Positions 23,601 to 37,600 of a DNA stretch of 64,000 nt are shown in pieces. The notes beneath the pieces are model-generated. The model made no database searches and had not been told where the DNA came from. It saw nothing but the letters and a program-made list of their open reading frames with translations. Within the stretch, counting starts at the first letter, position 1. Each line of letters begins with the position of its first letter. The DNA is from Amphiscolops sp. MND2022 (lineage: Eukaryota), in contig OZ076420.1 of NCBI GenBank assembly GCA_964187785.1, positions 54,622,001 through 54,686,000 on the forward strand. Direction: 5' to 3'. The translations under genes were made by a program, and so were the position numbers.

Positions 23601-26600
23601 ATTGTACTTCACTACTATAATTGATTCCAAAAAGATGAGACTTCTCTCTCTCTCTCTCAAAAACTCTAAAACTATTTAACCTTTTTTATTGAACAAGTAT
23701 ATCGTCCACGTTGTATCATTTCTGTAATGCAGGGTATTCGAGCAATAAGTTTTTGTGGCCAAATTTTAGCAGCCAGTTTGAAATCTTTGTAAAAAACAGT
23801 TTTCTGCGGGTCCTAGCTTGGGGTTTGAAGGGCCGAATGCTCCGCGTGTGCTTGTCATTCTTTGGATTGGGACCTGGGATATTTAAATTACCATAGTTCC
23901 TGCGTTGTGTCGTTTATTTTTCATGTAAAACATTTATATTTATAAAAATTTGTACTTCATTACTATAATTGATTCCAAAAAGAGGAGACTTCTCTCTCTC
24001 TCAAAAACTCTAAAACTATTTAACCTTTTTTATTGAACAAGTATATCGTCCACGTTGTATCATTTCTGTAATGCAGAGTATTCGAGCAACAAGTTTTTGT
24101 AGCTAAATTTTAGCAGCCAGTTTGAAATCTTTGTAAAAAACAGTTTTCTTCGGGTCCTAGCTTGGGGTTTGAAGGGCCGAATGCTCCGCGTGTGCTTGTC
24201 ATTCTTTAGATTGGGACCTAGGATCTTTAAATTAACATTGTGCCTGCGTTGTGTCGATTATTTTTCATGTAAAACATTTATGTTTATAAAAAATTGTACT
24301 TCACTACTATAATTGATTCCAAAAAGATGAGACTTCTCTCTCTCTCTCAAAAACTCTAAAACTATTTCACCTTTTTTATTGAACAAGTATATCGTCCACG
24401 TTGTATCATTTCTGTAATGCAGGGTATTCGAGCAACAAGTTTTTGTGGCCAAATTTCAGCAGCCAGTTTGAAATCTTTGTAAAAAACAGTTTTCTTCGGG
24501 TCCTAGCTTGGGGTTTGAAGGGCCGAATGCTCCGCGTGTGCTTGTCATTCTTTAGATTGGGACCTAGGATCTTTAAATTAACATTGTGCCTGCGTTGTGT
24601 CGATTATTTTTCATGTAAAACATTTAGGTTTATAAAAAATTGTACTTCACTACTATATTTGATTCCAAAAAGATGAGACTTCTCTCTCTCTCTCAAAAAC
24701 TCTAAAACTATTTAACCTTTTTTATTGAACAAGTATATCGTCCACGTTGTATCATTTCTGTAATGCAGGGTATTCGAGCAATAAGTTTTTGTGGCCAAAT
24801 ATTAGCAGCCAGTTTGAAATCTTTGTAAAAAACAGTTTTCTGCGGGTCCTAGCTTGGGGTTTGAAGGGCCGAATGCTCCGCGTGTGCTTGTCATTCTTTG
24901 GATTGGGACCTGGGATATTTAAATTACCATAGTTCCTGCGTTGTGTCGTTTATTTTTCATGTAAAACATTTATATTTATAAAAATTTGTACTTCATTACT
25001 ATAATTGATTCCAAAAAGAGGAGACTTCTCTCTCTCAAAAACTCTAAAACTATTTGACCTTTTTTATTGAACAAGTATATCGTCCCCGTTGTATCATTTC
25101 TGTAATGCAGGGTATTCGAGCAACAAGTTTTTGTGGCCAAATTTCAGCAGCCAGTTTGAAATCTTTGTAAAAAACAGTTTTCTTCAGGTCCTAGCTTGGG
25201 GTTTGAAGGGCCGAATGCTGCGCGTGTGCTTGTCATTCTTTGGATTGGGACCTAGGATATTTAAATTAACATTGTGCCTGCGTTGTGTCGTTTATTTTTC
25301 ATGTAAAACATTTATATTTATAAAAATTTGTACTTCATTACTATAATTGATTCCAAAAAGAGGAGACTTCTCTCTCTCAAAAACTCTAAAACTATTTGAC
25401 CTTTTTTATTGAACAAGTATATCGTCCCCGTTGTATCATTTCTGTAATGCAGGGTATTCGAGCAACAAGTTTTTGTGGCCAAATTTCAGCAGCCAGTTTG
25501 AAATCTTTGTAAAAAACAGTTTTCTTCGGGTCCTAGCTTGGGGTTTGAAGAGCCGAATGCTGCGCGTGTGCTTGTCATTCTTTGGATTGGGACCTAGGAT
25601 ATTTAAATTAACATTGTGCCTGCGTTGTGTCGTTTATTTTTCATGTAAAACATTTATATTTATAAAAATTTGTACTTCATTACTATAATTGATTCCAAAA
25701 AGAGGAGACTTCTCTCTCTCTCAAAAACTCTAAAACTATTTAACCTTTTTTATTGAACAAGTATATCGTCCACGTTGTATCATTTCTGTAATGCAGGGTA
25801 TTCGAGCAACAAGTTTTTGTGGCTAAATTTTAGCAGCCAGTTTGAAATCTTTGTAAAAAACAGTTTTCTTCGGGTCCTAGCTTGGGGTTTGAAGGGCCGA
25901 ATGCTCCGCGTGTGCTTGTCATTCTTTAGATTGGGACCTAGGATCTTTAAATTAACATTGTGCCTGCGTTGTGTCGATTATTTTTCATGTAAAACATTTA
26001 GGTTTATAAAAAATTGTACTTCACTACTATAATTGATTCCAAAAAGATGAGACTTCTCTCTCTCTCTCAAAAACTCTAAAACTATTTAACCTTTTTTATT
26101 GAACAAGTATATCGTCCACGTTGTATCATTTCTGTAATGCAGGGTATTCGAGCAATAAGTTTTTGTGGCCAAATTTTAGCAGCCAGTTTGAAATCTTTGT
26201 AAAAAACAGTTTTCTGCGGGTCCTAGCTTGGGGTTTGAAGGGCCGAATGCTCCGCGTGTGCTTGTCATTCTTTGGATTGGGACCTGGGATATTTAAATTA
26301 CCATAGTTCCTGCGTTGTGTCGTTTATTTTTCATGTAAAACATTTATATTTATAAAAATTTGTACTTCATTACTATAATTGATTCCAAAAAGAGGAGACT
26401 TCTCTCTCTCTCAAAAACTCTAAAACTATTTAACCTTTTTTATTGAACAAGTATATCGTCCACGTTGTATCATTTCTGTAATGCAGAGTATTCGAGCAAC
26501 AAGTTTTTGTAGCTAAATTTTAGCAGCCAGTTTGAAATCTTTGTAAAAAACAGTTTTCTTCGGGTCCTAGCTTGGGGTTTGAAGGGCCGAATGCTCCGCG

Positions 26601-28814
26601 TGTGCTTGTCATTCTTTAGATTGGGACCTAGGATCTTTAAATTAACATTGTGCCTGCGTTGTGTCGATTATTTTTCATGTAAAACATTTATGTTTATAAA
26701 AAATTGTACTTCACTACTATAATTGATTCCAAAAAGATGAGACTTCTCTCTCTCTCTCAAAAACTCTAAAACTATTTCACCTTTTTTATTGAACAAGTAT
26801 ATCGTCCACGTTGTATCATTTCTGTAATGCAGGGTATTCGAGCAACAAGTTTTTGTGGCCAAATTTCAGCAGCCAGTTTGAAATCTTTGTAAAAAACAGT
26901 TTTCTTCGGGTCCTAGCTTGGGGTTTGAAGGGCCGAATGCTCCGCGTGTGCTTGTCATTCTTTAGATTGGGACCTAGGATCTTTAAATTAACATTGTGCC
27001 TGCGTTGTGTCGATTATTTTTCATGTAAAACATTTAGGTTTATAAAAAATTGTACTTCACTACTATATTTGATTCCAAAAAGATGAGACTTCTCTCTCTC
27101 TCTCAAAAACTCTAAAACTATTTAACCTTTTTTATTGAACAAGTATATCGTCCACGTTGTATCATTTCTGTAATGCAGGGTATTCGAGCAATAAGTTTTT
27201 GTGGCCAAATATTAGCAGCCAGTTTGAAATCTTTGTAAAAAACAGTTTTCTGCGGGTCCTAGCTTGGGGTTTGAAGGGCCGAATGCTCCGCGTGTGCTTG
27301 TCATTCTTTGGATTGGGACCTGGGATATTTAAATTACCATAGTTCCTGCGTTGTGTCGTTTATTTTTCATGTAAAACATTTATATTTATAAAAATTTGTA
27401 CTTCATTACTATAATTGATTCCAAAAAGAGGAGACTTCTCTCTCTCTCAAAAACTCTAAAACTATTTAACCTTTTTTATTGAACAAGTATATCGTCCACG
27501 TTGTATCATTTCTGTAATGCAGAGTATTCGAGCAACAAGTTTTTGTAGCTAAATTTTAGCAGCCAGTTTGAAATCTTTGTAAAAAACAGTTTTCTTCGGG
27601 TCCTAGCTTGGGGTTTGAAGGGCCGAATGCTCCGCGTGTGCTTGTCATTCTTTAGATTGGGACCTAGGATCTTTAAATTAACATTGTGCCTGCGTTGTGT
27701 CGTTTATTTTTCATGTAAAACATTTATGTTTATAAAAAATTGTACTTCACTACTATAATTGATTCCAAAAAGATGAGACTTCTCTCTCTCTCTCAAAAAC
27801 TCTAAAACTATTTAACCTTTTTTATTGAACAAGTATATCGTCCACGTTGTATCATTTCTGTAATGCAGGGTATTCGAGCAACAAGTTTTTGTGACCAAAT
27901 TTCAGCAGCCAGTTTGAAATCTTTGTAAAAAACAGTTTTCTTCGGGTCCTAGCTTGGGGTTTGAAGGGCCGAATGCTCCGCGTGTGCTTGTCATTCTTTA
28001 GATTGGGACCTAGGATCTTTAAATTAACATTGTGCCTGCGTTGTGTCGTTTATTTTTCATGTAAAACATTTATGTTTATAAAAAATTGTACTTCACTACT
28101 ATAATTGATTCCAAAAAGATGAGACTTCTCTCTCTCTCTCAAAAACTCTAAAACTATTTAACCTTTTTTTATTGAACAAGTATATCGTCCACGTTGTATC
28201 ATTTCTGTAATGCAGGGTATTCGAGCAACAAGTTTTTGTGGCCAAATTTCAGCAGCCAGTTTGAAATCTTTGTAAAAAACAGTTTTCTTCGGGTCCTAGC
28301 TTGGGGTTTGAAGAGCCGAATGCTGCGCGTGTGCTTGTCATTCTTTGGATTGGGACCTAGGATATTTAAATTAACATTGTGCCTGCGTTGTGTCGTTTAT
28401 TTTTCATGTAAAACATTTATATTTATAAAAATTTGTACTTCATTACTATAATTGATTCCAAAAAGAGGAGACTTCTCTCTCTCTCAAAAACTCTAAAACT
28501 ATTTGACCTTTTTTATTGAACAAGTATATCGTCCACGTTGTATCATTTCTGTAATGCAGGGTATTCGAGCAACAAGTTTTTGTGGCCAAATTTCAGCAGC
28601 CAGTTTGAAATCTTTGTAGAAAACAGTTTTCTTCGGGTCCTAGCTTGGGGTTTGAAGGGCCGAATGCTCCGCGTGTGCTTGTCATTCTTTGGATTGGGAC
28701 CTAGGATATTTAAATTACCATAGTTCCTGCGTTGTGTCGTTTATTTTTCATGTAAAACATTTATATTTATAAAAATTTGTACTTCATTACTATAATTGAT
28801 TCCAAAAAGAGGAG

Positions 28815-28850
<36 letters not shown>

Positions 28851-31800
28851 AAAACTCTAAAACTATTTAACCTTTTTTATTGAACAAGTATATCGTCCAC
28901 GTTGTATCATTTCTGTAATGCAGGGTATTCGAGCAACAAGTTTTTGTGGCTAAATTTTAGCAGCCAGTTTGAAATCTTTGTAAAAAACAGTTTTCTTCGG
29001 GTCCTAGCTTGGGGTTTGAAGGGCCGAATGCTCCGCGTGTGCTTGTCATTCTTTAGATTGGGACCTAGGATCTTTAAATTAACATTGTGCCTGCGTTGTG
29101 TCGATTATTTTTCATGTAAAACATTTAGGTTTATAAAAAATTGTACTTCACTACTATAATTGATTCCAAAAAGATGAGACTTCTCTCTCTCTCTCAAAAA
29201 CTCTAAAACTATTTAACCTTTTTTATTGAACAAGTATATCGTCCACGTTGTATCATTTCTGTAATGCAGGGTATTCGAGCAATAAGTTTTTGTGGCCAAA
29301 TTTTAGCAGCCAGTTTGAAATCTTTGTAAAAAACAGTTTTCTGCGGGTCCTAGCTTGGGGTTTGAAGGGCCGAATGCTCCGCGTGTGCTTGTCATTCTTT
29401 GGATTGGGACCTGGGATATTTAAATTACCATAGTTCCTGCGTTGTGTCGTTTATTTTTCATGTAAAACATTTATATTCATAAAAATTTGTACTTCATTAC
29501 TATAATTGATTCCAAAAAGAGGAGACTTCTCTCTCTCTCAAAAACTCTAAAACTATTTAACCTTTTTTATTGAACAAGTATATCGTCCACGTTGTATCAT
29601 TTCTGTAATGCAGAGTATTCGAGCAACAAGTTTTTGTAGCTAAATTTTAGCAGCCAGTTTGAAATCTTTGTAAAAAACAGTTTTCTTCGGGTCCTAGCTT
29701 GGGGTTTGAAGGGCCGAATGCTCCGCGTGTGCTTGTCATTCTTTAGATTGGGACCTAGGATCTCTAAATTAACATTGTGCCTGCGTTGTGTCGTTTATTT
29801 TTCATGTAAAACATTTATGTTTATAAAAAATTGTACTTCACTACTATAATTGATTCCAAAAAGATGAGACTTCTCTCTCTCTCTCAAAAACTCTAAAACT
29901 ATTTAACCTTTTTTATTGAACAAGTATATCGTCCACGTTGTATCATTTCTGTAATGCAGGGTATTCGAGCAATAAGTTTTTGTGGCCAAATTTTAGCAGC
30001 CAGTTTGAAATCTTTGTAAAAAACAGTTTTCTGCGGGTCCTAGCTTGGGGTTTGAAGGGCCGAATGCTCCGCGTGTGCTTGTCATTCTTTGGATTGGGAC
30101 CTGGGATATTTAAATTAACATTGTGCCTGCGTTGTGTCGTTTATTTTTCATGTAAAACATTTATATTTATATAAATTTGTACTTCATTTCTATAATTGAT
30201 TCCAAAAAAGGGGAGACTTCTCTCTCTCAAAAACTCAAACTATTTACCCTTTTTTATTGAACAAGTATATCGTCCACGTTGTATCATTTCTGTAATGCAG
30301 GGTATTCGAGCAACAAGTTTTTGTGGCCAAATTTCAGCAGCCAGTTTGAAATCTTTGTAAAAAACAGTTTTCTTCGGGTCCTAGCTTGGGGTTTGAAGGG
30401 CCGAATGCTCCGCGTGTGCTTGTCATTCTTTAGATTGGGACCTAGGATATTTAAATCAACATTGTGCCTGCGTTGTGTCGTTTATTTTTGATGTAAAACA
30501 TTTATATTTATAAAAATTTGTACTTCATTACTATAATTGATTCCAAAAAGAGGAGATATCTCTCTCTCAAAAACTCTAAAACTATTTAACCTTTTTCATT
30601 GAACAATTATATCGTCCACGTTGTATCATTTCTGTAATGCAGGGTAATCGAGCAACAAGTTTTTGTGGCCAAATTTTAGCAGCCAGTTTGAAATCTTTGT
30701 AAAAAACAGTTTTCTTCGGGTCCTAGCTTGGGGTTTGAAGGGCCGAATGTTCCGCGTGTGCATGTCATTCTTTGGATTGGGACCTAGGATATTTAAATTA
30801 CCATTGTTCCTTCGTTGTGTCGTTTATTTTTCATGTGAAACATTTATATTTATAAAAATTTGTACTTCATTACTATAATTGATTCCAAAAAGAGGAGACT
30901 TCTCTCTCTCTCTCTCGAAAACTCTAAAACTATTTAACCTTTTTCATTGAACAAGTATATCGTCCACGTTGTATCATTTCTGTAATGCAGGGTATTCGAG
31001 CAACAAGTTTTTGTGGCCAAATTTCAGCAGCCAGTTTGAAATCTTTGTAAAAAACAGTTTTCTTCGGGTCCTAGCTTGGGGTTTGAAGGGCCGAATGCTC
31101 CGCGTGTGCTTGTCATTCTTTGGATTGGGACCTAGGATATTTAAATTACCATTGTTCCTGCGTTGTGTCGTTTATTTTTCATGTGAAAAATTTATATTTA
31201 TAAAAATTTGTACTTCATTACTATAATTGATTCCAAAAAGAGGAGACTTCTTTCTCTCTCAAAAACTCTTAAACTATTTAACCTTTTTTATTGAACAAGT
31301 ATATCGTCCACGTTGTATCATTTCTGTAATGCAGGGAATTCGAGCAACAAGTTTTTGTGGTCAAATTTTAGCAGCCAGTTTGAAATCTTTGTAAAAAACA
31401 GTTTTCTTCGGGTCCTAGCTTGGGGTTTGAAGGGCTGAATGCTCCGCGTGTGCTTGTCATTCTTCAGATTGGGACCTAGGATATTTAAATTAACATTGTG
31501 CCTGCGTTGTGTCGTTTATTTTTCATGTAAAACATTTATATTTATAAAAATTTGTAATTCATTACTATAATTGATTCCAAAAAGAGGAGACTTCTCTCTC
31601 TCTCAAAAACTCTAAAACTATTTAACCTTTTTTATTGAACATGTATATCGTCCACGTTGTATCATTTCTGTAATGCAGGGTATTCGAGCAACAAGTTATT
31701 GTGGCCAAATTTCAGCAGTCAGTTTGAAATCTTTGTAAAAAACAGTTTTCTTCGGGTCCTAGCTTGGGGTTTGATGGGCCGAATGCTCCGCGCGTGCTTG

Positions 31801-31980
31801 TCATTCTTTGGGTTGGGACCTAGGATATTTAAATTAACATTGTTCCTGCGTTGTGTCGTTTGATTTTCATGTAAAACATTTATATTTATAAAAGTTTGTA
31901 CTTCATTATCATTGACTCCTAAAAGAGAAGTCTTCTCTTTCAATAATAACTCGAAAACTATTTTACCTTTTTGATTGAAC
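14670..31980 (+). repeat. Satellite DNA array, about 50 monomers of ~345 bp with a variable (CT)n tract and higher-order repeats
   Basis: Near-identical tandem monomers. The repeated 'MYHFCNAG' ORFs recur every 342-364 bp and give HOR offsets of 6560 and 2410-2412 bp. Confidence 0.97.
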
Positions 31981-32900
31981 ATGTATATCGTCCAGGATGT
32001 ATCATTTATGTAATGCAGGGTTTCTGAGCAACACGTTTTTATGGCCAAATTTCAACGGTCATTTTCAAATCTTTGCCAAATAGCGTTTTTCTAGCAGCGT
32101 TGACTACGACTCGTGGAGTCTCATTTTGGTTCTACGCATCTCGAGATTGGTCAAAATTGGAACGCATTCGTACGAAATGCTTCCACAAATTGCTAGAGGT
32201 CAGCTTGGGAAAGCCCTTTATGACGTTTTTATTCCATATTTAGTCTTCAACAGAAATAGCAATCTTTTTGATTGAAAGTGTGCCAGCTTTAGCTTGTGAA
32301 TTTGCATGGTGAAAATGTAAACAAAACTAGTTTACCTTTTCGATTGAACATGTATATCGTCCAGGATGTATCATTTATGTAATGAAGGGTTTCTGAGCAA
32401 CACGTTTTTGTGGCCAAATTTCAACGGTCATTTTCAAATCTTTGCAAAATAGCGTTTTTCTAGCAGCCTTGACTACGACTCGTGGAGTCTCATTTTGGTT
32501 CTACGCATCTCGAGATTGGTCAAAATTGGAACGCATTGGTACGAAATGATTCTACAAATTGCTAGAGGACAGCTTGGGAAAGCCCTTTATGACGTTTTTA
32601 TTCCATATTTGGTCTTCAACAGAAATAGCAATCTTTTTGATTGGAGGTTTTTCAGCGTTAGCTTGTGAAATTGCATGGTGAAATTGTAGCCAAAACTAGT
32701 TTACCTTTTTGATTGAACATGTATATCGTCCAGGATGTATCATTTATGTAATGCAGGGTTTCTGAGCAACACGTTTTTGTGGCCAAATTTTAGCAGTCAT
32801 CTTCAAGTCTCCGCAAAAAAGCATTTTTCTAGCATCCTTGACTACGTCCCGTGGAGTCTCATTTTTGTTGTACCTATCTCGCGATTGCTCAACATTGGAA
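31980..32900 (+). repeat. Two and a half ~370-bp divergent units sharing only their first part with the 345-bp satellite
   Basis: ACATGTATATCGTCCAGGATGTATCATTTATGTAATG occurs at about 31980, 32350 and 32718. The second halves (GACTACGACTCGTGGAGTCTCATTTT...) are absent from the main monomer. Confidence 0.85.
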
Positions 32901-33990
32901 TGCATTGGTACGGAATGCGTTTCCACATATGATTCGCATAATCCGTTGCTTCATTTACTGCTCGTTTTTTGTCCACGTTTGAAATAGCGATCTGATGTCT
33001 TTCAGAATGTTTACCATCTCCTGATTGGAAAAGACTGCTTGACTTCTCCAATTTGAACATTGTTGCGCGTCGAGTTGTTCATGTGATGACCGCCACAGAA
33101 GGAAAACCATGCTTCATACCAGAGGAAGCTATCTGTAGGGTTAACAAATTAGCTCTCTTACGTGTCGAGTCAACTAAAACAGAAGCAACAACGAGACACT
33201 GGTGCCATGTTCATGCAGCTGCTGAATTCTGTGATACCTTTAAAGAAAGTTTTAATTGGCCTTCCCTGAAACCCTTCGAATCAGATTTTCAAATACCCAA
33301 TTTCAGCGGGCAGAGAACCTTCGATGAAGCGTGGCAAGGTATCAAAGGCGAGTGGTTCGAGAAACCACGTTTCGCTGAGTTTGGTCAGTATTTCGTTTCT
33401 CAACTTATTAGCCCCTACTACCGTAAAATTTGGTTTTTATGGAACAGAATTGCTGACGGAAGGCTAGCGGTGAGAACGATAATCAAAGTGGACCACATTC
33501 AGAACATTGTTGACTGGCTGGCGGAAAAACACTCTCAGATTCCACATCCAAGGGCAGGGAGAAGCAATAATGTTCCACCAAATACGGCTTTTGCTGTTAT
33601 CACTTTGCCTCCCTCATTTGCTAATGACTCGATCTGCTTCAGTGCAAGTAATATCATTAGCTTTTCGTAATAATAACCTAATATTTCGAAACGCAATCAT
33701 TTGCTCATTAAAATTGCCTAGATTTCTTGATAACGGAGACTGGAATCGAAGGCAGCAAGAACATGAAGCAAAACTTAGTATGGATCTAGTCGAAGATCCA
33801 GAGATTTCATTTCTTTACCAGTCGTTGGAGATTTTCTGAAAGAAGTGAATAGTTTGGCAAGCAGAAAGCAAATCATCACTCAATGTGGAAGTAAATCCGA
33901 AAATGAATGAAACACGCAAAGGTAAACGGAAGAAACAGTTGGCTAAAGTTAGAGCTATGAGTATAGCTCAAAAGAAGCAAAAAGAAGCTT
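32735..33990 (+). pseudogene. Degraded ORF, possibly a MULE-family transposase
   Basis: 205-aa ORF 33053-33670 contains RHWCHVH (CxxH-like) and FDEAWQGIKGEWF...FGQYFVSQLI...KIW, resembling MULE transposase helices. A possible decayed SWIM-like CS..PRFLDNGD follows, then a basic tail. The DDE residues were not identified. Confidence 0.35.
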
Positions 33991-34689
33991 AGTTTCTTTT
34001 ATAGCAAGGGGGACAAACCAGTTTCCTGTGAGTTTTTATACATGTTTTTCAGCAATTTGTAAAGTTGTGCTCTTTCATGTGTGTTACCTTTCTTGGATGG
34101 TTTTTATCTGATCGTTCATTTGACTGATGCGCTCTCCAATAACATGAGAAAAACAACACTGAATCCACAAAATTACTGAAGCATTTAAAACCACTTGAAA
34201 ATTTCTACAACAAATACTTGGGAACAATACAAAGTGAAAATGATTACAACACATATTAGTCAGAAGCTATTTTACTCAACAATTGATGGAAGCATGGTCG
34301 CCTCCCGATCAGGGCATGCACCAAAGAGAGTACAGTGAATCCGAGCTGGAGGACCAATTCAGTAACATGGACGAATCTGTTGAGGAGCGAAGTCCTCCGA
34401 GAAATCCCTTTATTGACTTGGAATCAGTGAGAGTGGCTCATGATCACTTACTCGCTCGCTCACGCAAGGGTGATGAAAGAGGGGCATTTGCCAGCATCGG
34501 AGCCTCTGGAAAAATATGGGCGATTGTGACTTGCGGATGATTGCCGTTCAATTCATCCCATGTGGGACTTGATGATATCTCTTCCTCTTCATGTCCCTAT
34601 TCTGGTTCATCCACAATGTCTTGCTCAACATGAACATCTCTGATCATGTAGTGACCATGGGGTAAAGTTGAGACGTCGTCATCTAATAC

Positions 34690-37600
34690 ATAACGCTTGT
34701 CATCAAAGGAGCTGAGACACCTTGTTCGTCTCGATTGTTGGTAATTGTTGCATTCGCGAGCCTATTCTCATGTTTACAGTCTTGTAGGCCTCGCCGGTTC
34801 TCAATACTTTTTTGTATAGGTCATGATTCAGTTCCTTCTGATCGAATCGGCAGACACCCTTTGCCGATAGCTTCTGCCTTCCTCCAATCATGATTGAATA
34901 CATTTTGGGTTTGAGTACGACAAACTCTTCGATTGGGTCTCCTCCGAGTTCATCCTTGAACTTGAGGGTGACCATTCTGTTAACAGCGCTATAGAGGTGA
35001 TGTTCTTTAGGGTAATTGGAGAGATCAATATGTTAGCTCTTCATAAAAGTGTGTATTTGATCTCATAAAACAAAGAATCTGTGTCAGAATATAACACGAA
35101 ACAGTTCAAGTACTTTTTCATTACATTATAGCGGGAATTGAACATGTGGAATTGGGCCAAGTCTAAAACAGATGCTCCGACAATTGTTGGTTTGTTCTAT
35201 AAGATGGATCTTTTCCTTGACGAAATAGCTGCAAGATTTTCATTGAAGATTTTAAACTCACAAAAGAATGGGGTGTCTGTTCTCCTCAAGACTTTCTCGG
35301 TTGCTTATTAGCAGAACAGTGAGGCGGTTTCGCTTGCTCTCGAGCGTTTCTCCGTAGCATCAGTTATTCATTAATTTGAAGAAACTCTCTTCGAACTGTT
35401 TCGCGATTCTTTTCTTTTTGCGGTATTTAGCTCCATATATGGCTCCAGCCAGCAAGATTGTTTGAATTTCAAAACCCGGTGTACTTTTTTGACTTCAATG
35501 CCAAGGCTAATGTAAAACTTCAGCGTAGTATAGTCAACAGTGTAGTTGCTTTTGTTTGACAGTGACTGAATCAACTTTGTCCCCTGACTATAAGGTCTAG
35601 TTACACCCATTATTTCTAGTAGCTCTTGCTGCTTCTCTCCAAGGCTTGTGTAGTATATTCGCTCTTTTGTTGGAGCTAGTGGAAAATCTTGATATCCGTC
35701 ATGAAATTTGTCGGGGTAATGCAAGTCTACTTCTAGAATGTATCCTTCTTCAGAGTCGTCAGTCGTTTCCAAGATTCTGTTGGGATCAATGTTTTGAACT
35801 GTTTCGAAGCTAATCAATGGCAGTGGTAGCTTTTCCATGACACCCCCAAACAAATTGTTTGCGTCCAATAGCACCCCGTAAGTGTTATAGTCATTATAGT
35901 TATGGTCAGTCACGTACCTGTTGTTAGCTTTGAAGAACTTGTCAAAAACGGAAGCAACACCACCTCGAATCATGTTTTCCACCTTCTCTAGATGCTCACG
36001 GTCTGTTAGAAGCGCGGCATTTTTTCAAGAAAACGTCACCGGACAAATTCGATCATGTGAAGTAATGGGCGCTATCCAAGCCGTATGTCTTGTAACAGAG
36101 GCTTCTAAACTCTTCGAAAACACATGCTAAGATTAGGGTGTGTTTTGAGATACAAGTCATGGTAGTCTCCCAAATTTAAGCACTCAAATGTTTGGAATAC
36201 ATTTTCGGCATGCTTCCATTCCTCTTGTGTCAACATTATTGCCCCGTTGCGCAGTGAATCCTGCCATTGGTATCTTGGTGGGAGCTTTGTCTCGAAAAAT
36301 TTATCAAAACTGTCAAAGTAGGAGTAGGGATAATAACCCTTTTGATGCAAGAGGTTTCGGTCTGATTCAGGATAGTCAGCGAAGCAACTGTCAAGTATCT
36401 TGAACTTCTCCTTTGGCAGATAGCTTGCAAGTTTTTCGAGTGAGAAGGCCATAAACCTGAACGTAGATACTCAAGTTTTTGTCAGTCCGTTTTTGTCTTG
36501 ATAAGTTCTCACAGGTACTCCGATTGTCAAGGTGATGTATTTCTCATCAGTCGACGGAATCACTTTTCGTCAGATTTGAACTTGTGAATGTACAAGCACA
36601 CAAGATGAAAGTCATAGTTTGACAAAATGTGTTCCATTACTGGAAAGAAATTGACAGTCTTCCTTTTGAGATTGCAGTCTGGGTGCGCAAAACCTAAAAT
36701 TTTTACCGAGTAGCGACAGTGGTCGACGACTTTTTCCTCCTCCAGGTGTCTGACTATTCCAAACTGACCTTCGCAGATCCACCAAAGTTGAGCTTCTGTG
36801 GTCTTTCAAGGGATGGATCGCGAAAGTACCGGTAGTCAGGGTTTCCGTGCTCGATTCCAACACTACAAAAACCGCTTGATTTGTGAATTCCCGTGACACT
36901 TGTTGACTGATTACTATTTTGGCATCCAGCCAGGGGTTGAAAGATTGACTCCAAGTCAAAGTAAATAACTACTGGTGCAAAGCAGCGAGCTTTGGTTTTA
37001 AACTTGAGTTTATTTTTCTCTGGTAACGGCATCTTGACTACTGCTGGTTCATGTTGCAAGCAACTGATATGATGCCGTTTGAAAGTGCTTCCATTCTTGC
37101 ATACGTGGAAACAGTTTCTACAGAGGACTCTGTGAGTTGGTGTCGTGGTTCCTTTGACAAGACTGACTAGCCTCAAGAGATACAGTATCAGAATGTAATG
37201 ATACACTTGTACTTCATCGACCAGCAACACGTCAATTTCAAGGTTGTCCTTGGTTTCCCGGGTTACTCGAAGGGCACGAGTTGTTTTTCGCTGTATCTGA
37301 ACACGTTGATTTTTCAATCATTCAATTTTTCGAATCGAAGCATCTGACCAAAGCCCATTGGCATTTCAAACTCACCTTCAGCTTGATGAGCTAACGGGTT
37401 GCATCGCGAATAAGTGTCCGGGCTTGTCCGTTTCGCTATTGAATCGCTTCCTGGGTTATAGAGTAACAGTCAATGCTTTAGGTGACATGCAGCCGTGAAA
37501 CAGTACAAGAAACAATTGTGATCTTGACGGTTCCTAATGTTTAATAACAAGCGAGACGCGTCCAATTCGGGTGGAGTTGGCAGAAAGGAGGATCCTCGAA

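Noticed and set aside
14737-31863. About 40 repeated 61-100 aa ORFs beginning MYHFCNAGYSS
   Set aside because: Artefact of the satellite monomer: TTG starts, variable stops, and some monomers lose the ORF. No evidence of coding selection.
14670-31980. CRISPR-like array
   Set aside because: Monomers are ~345 bp and near-identical throughout, with no unique spacers or cas genes; the context is eukaryotic.
32842-33060. Minus-strand SNGLCES resembling an integrase motif
   Set aside because: The frame is riddled with stops and there is no DDE context; the plus-strand frame is the long open one.
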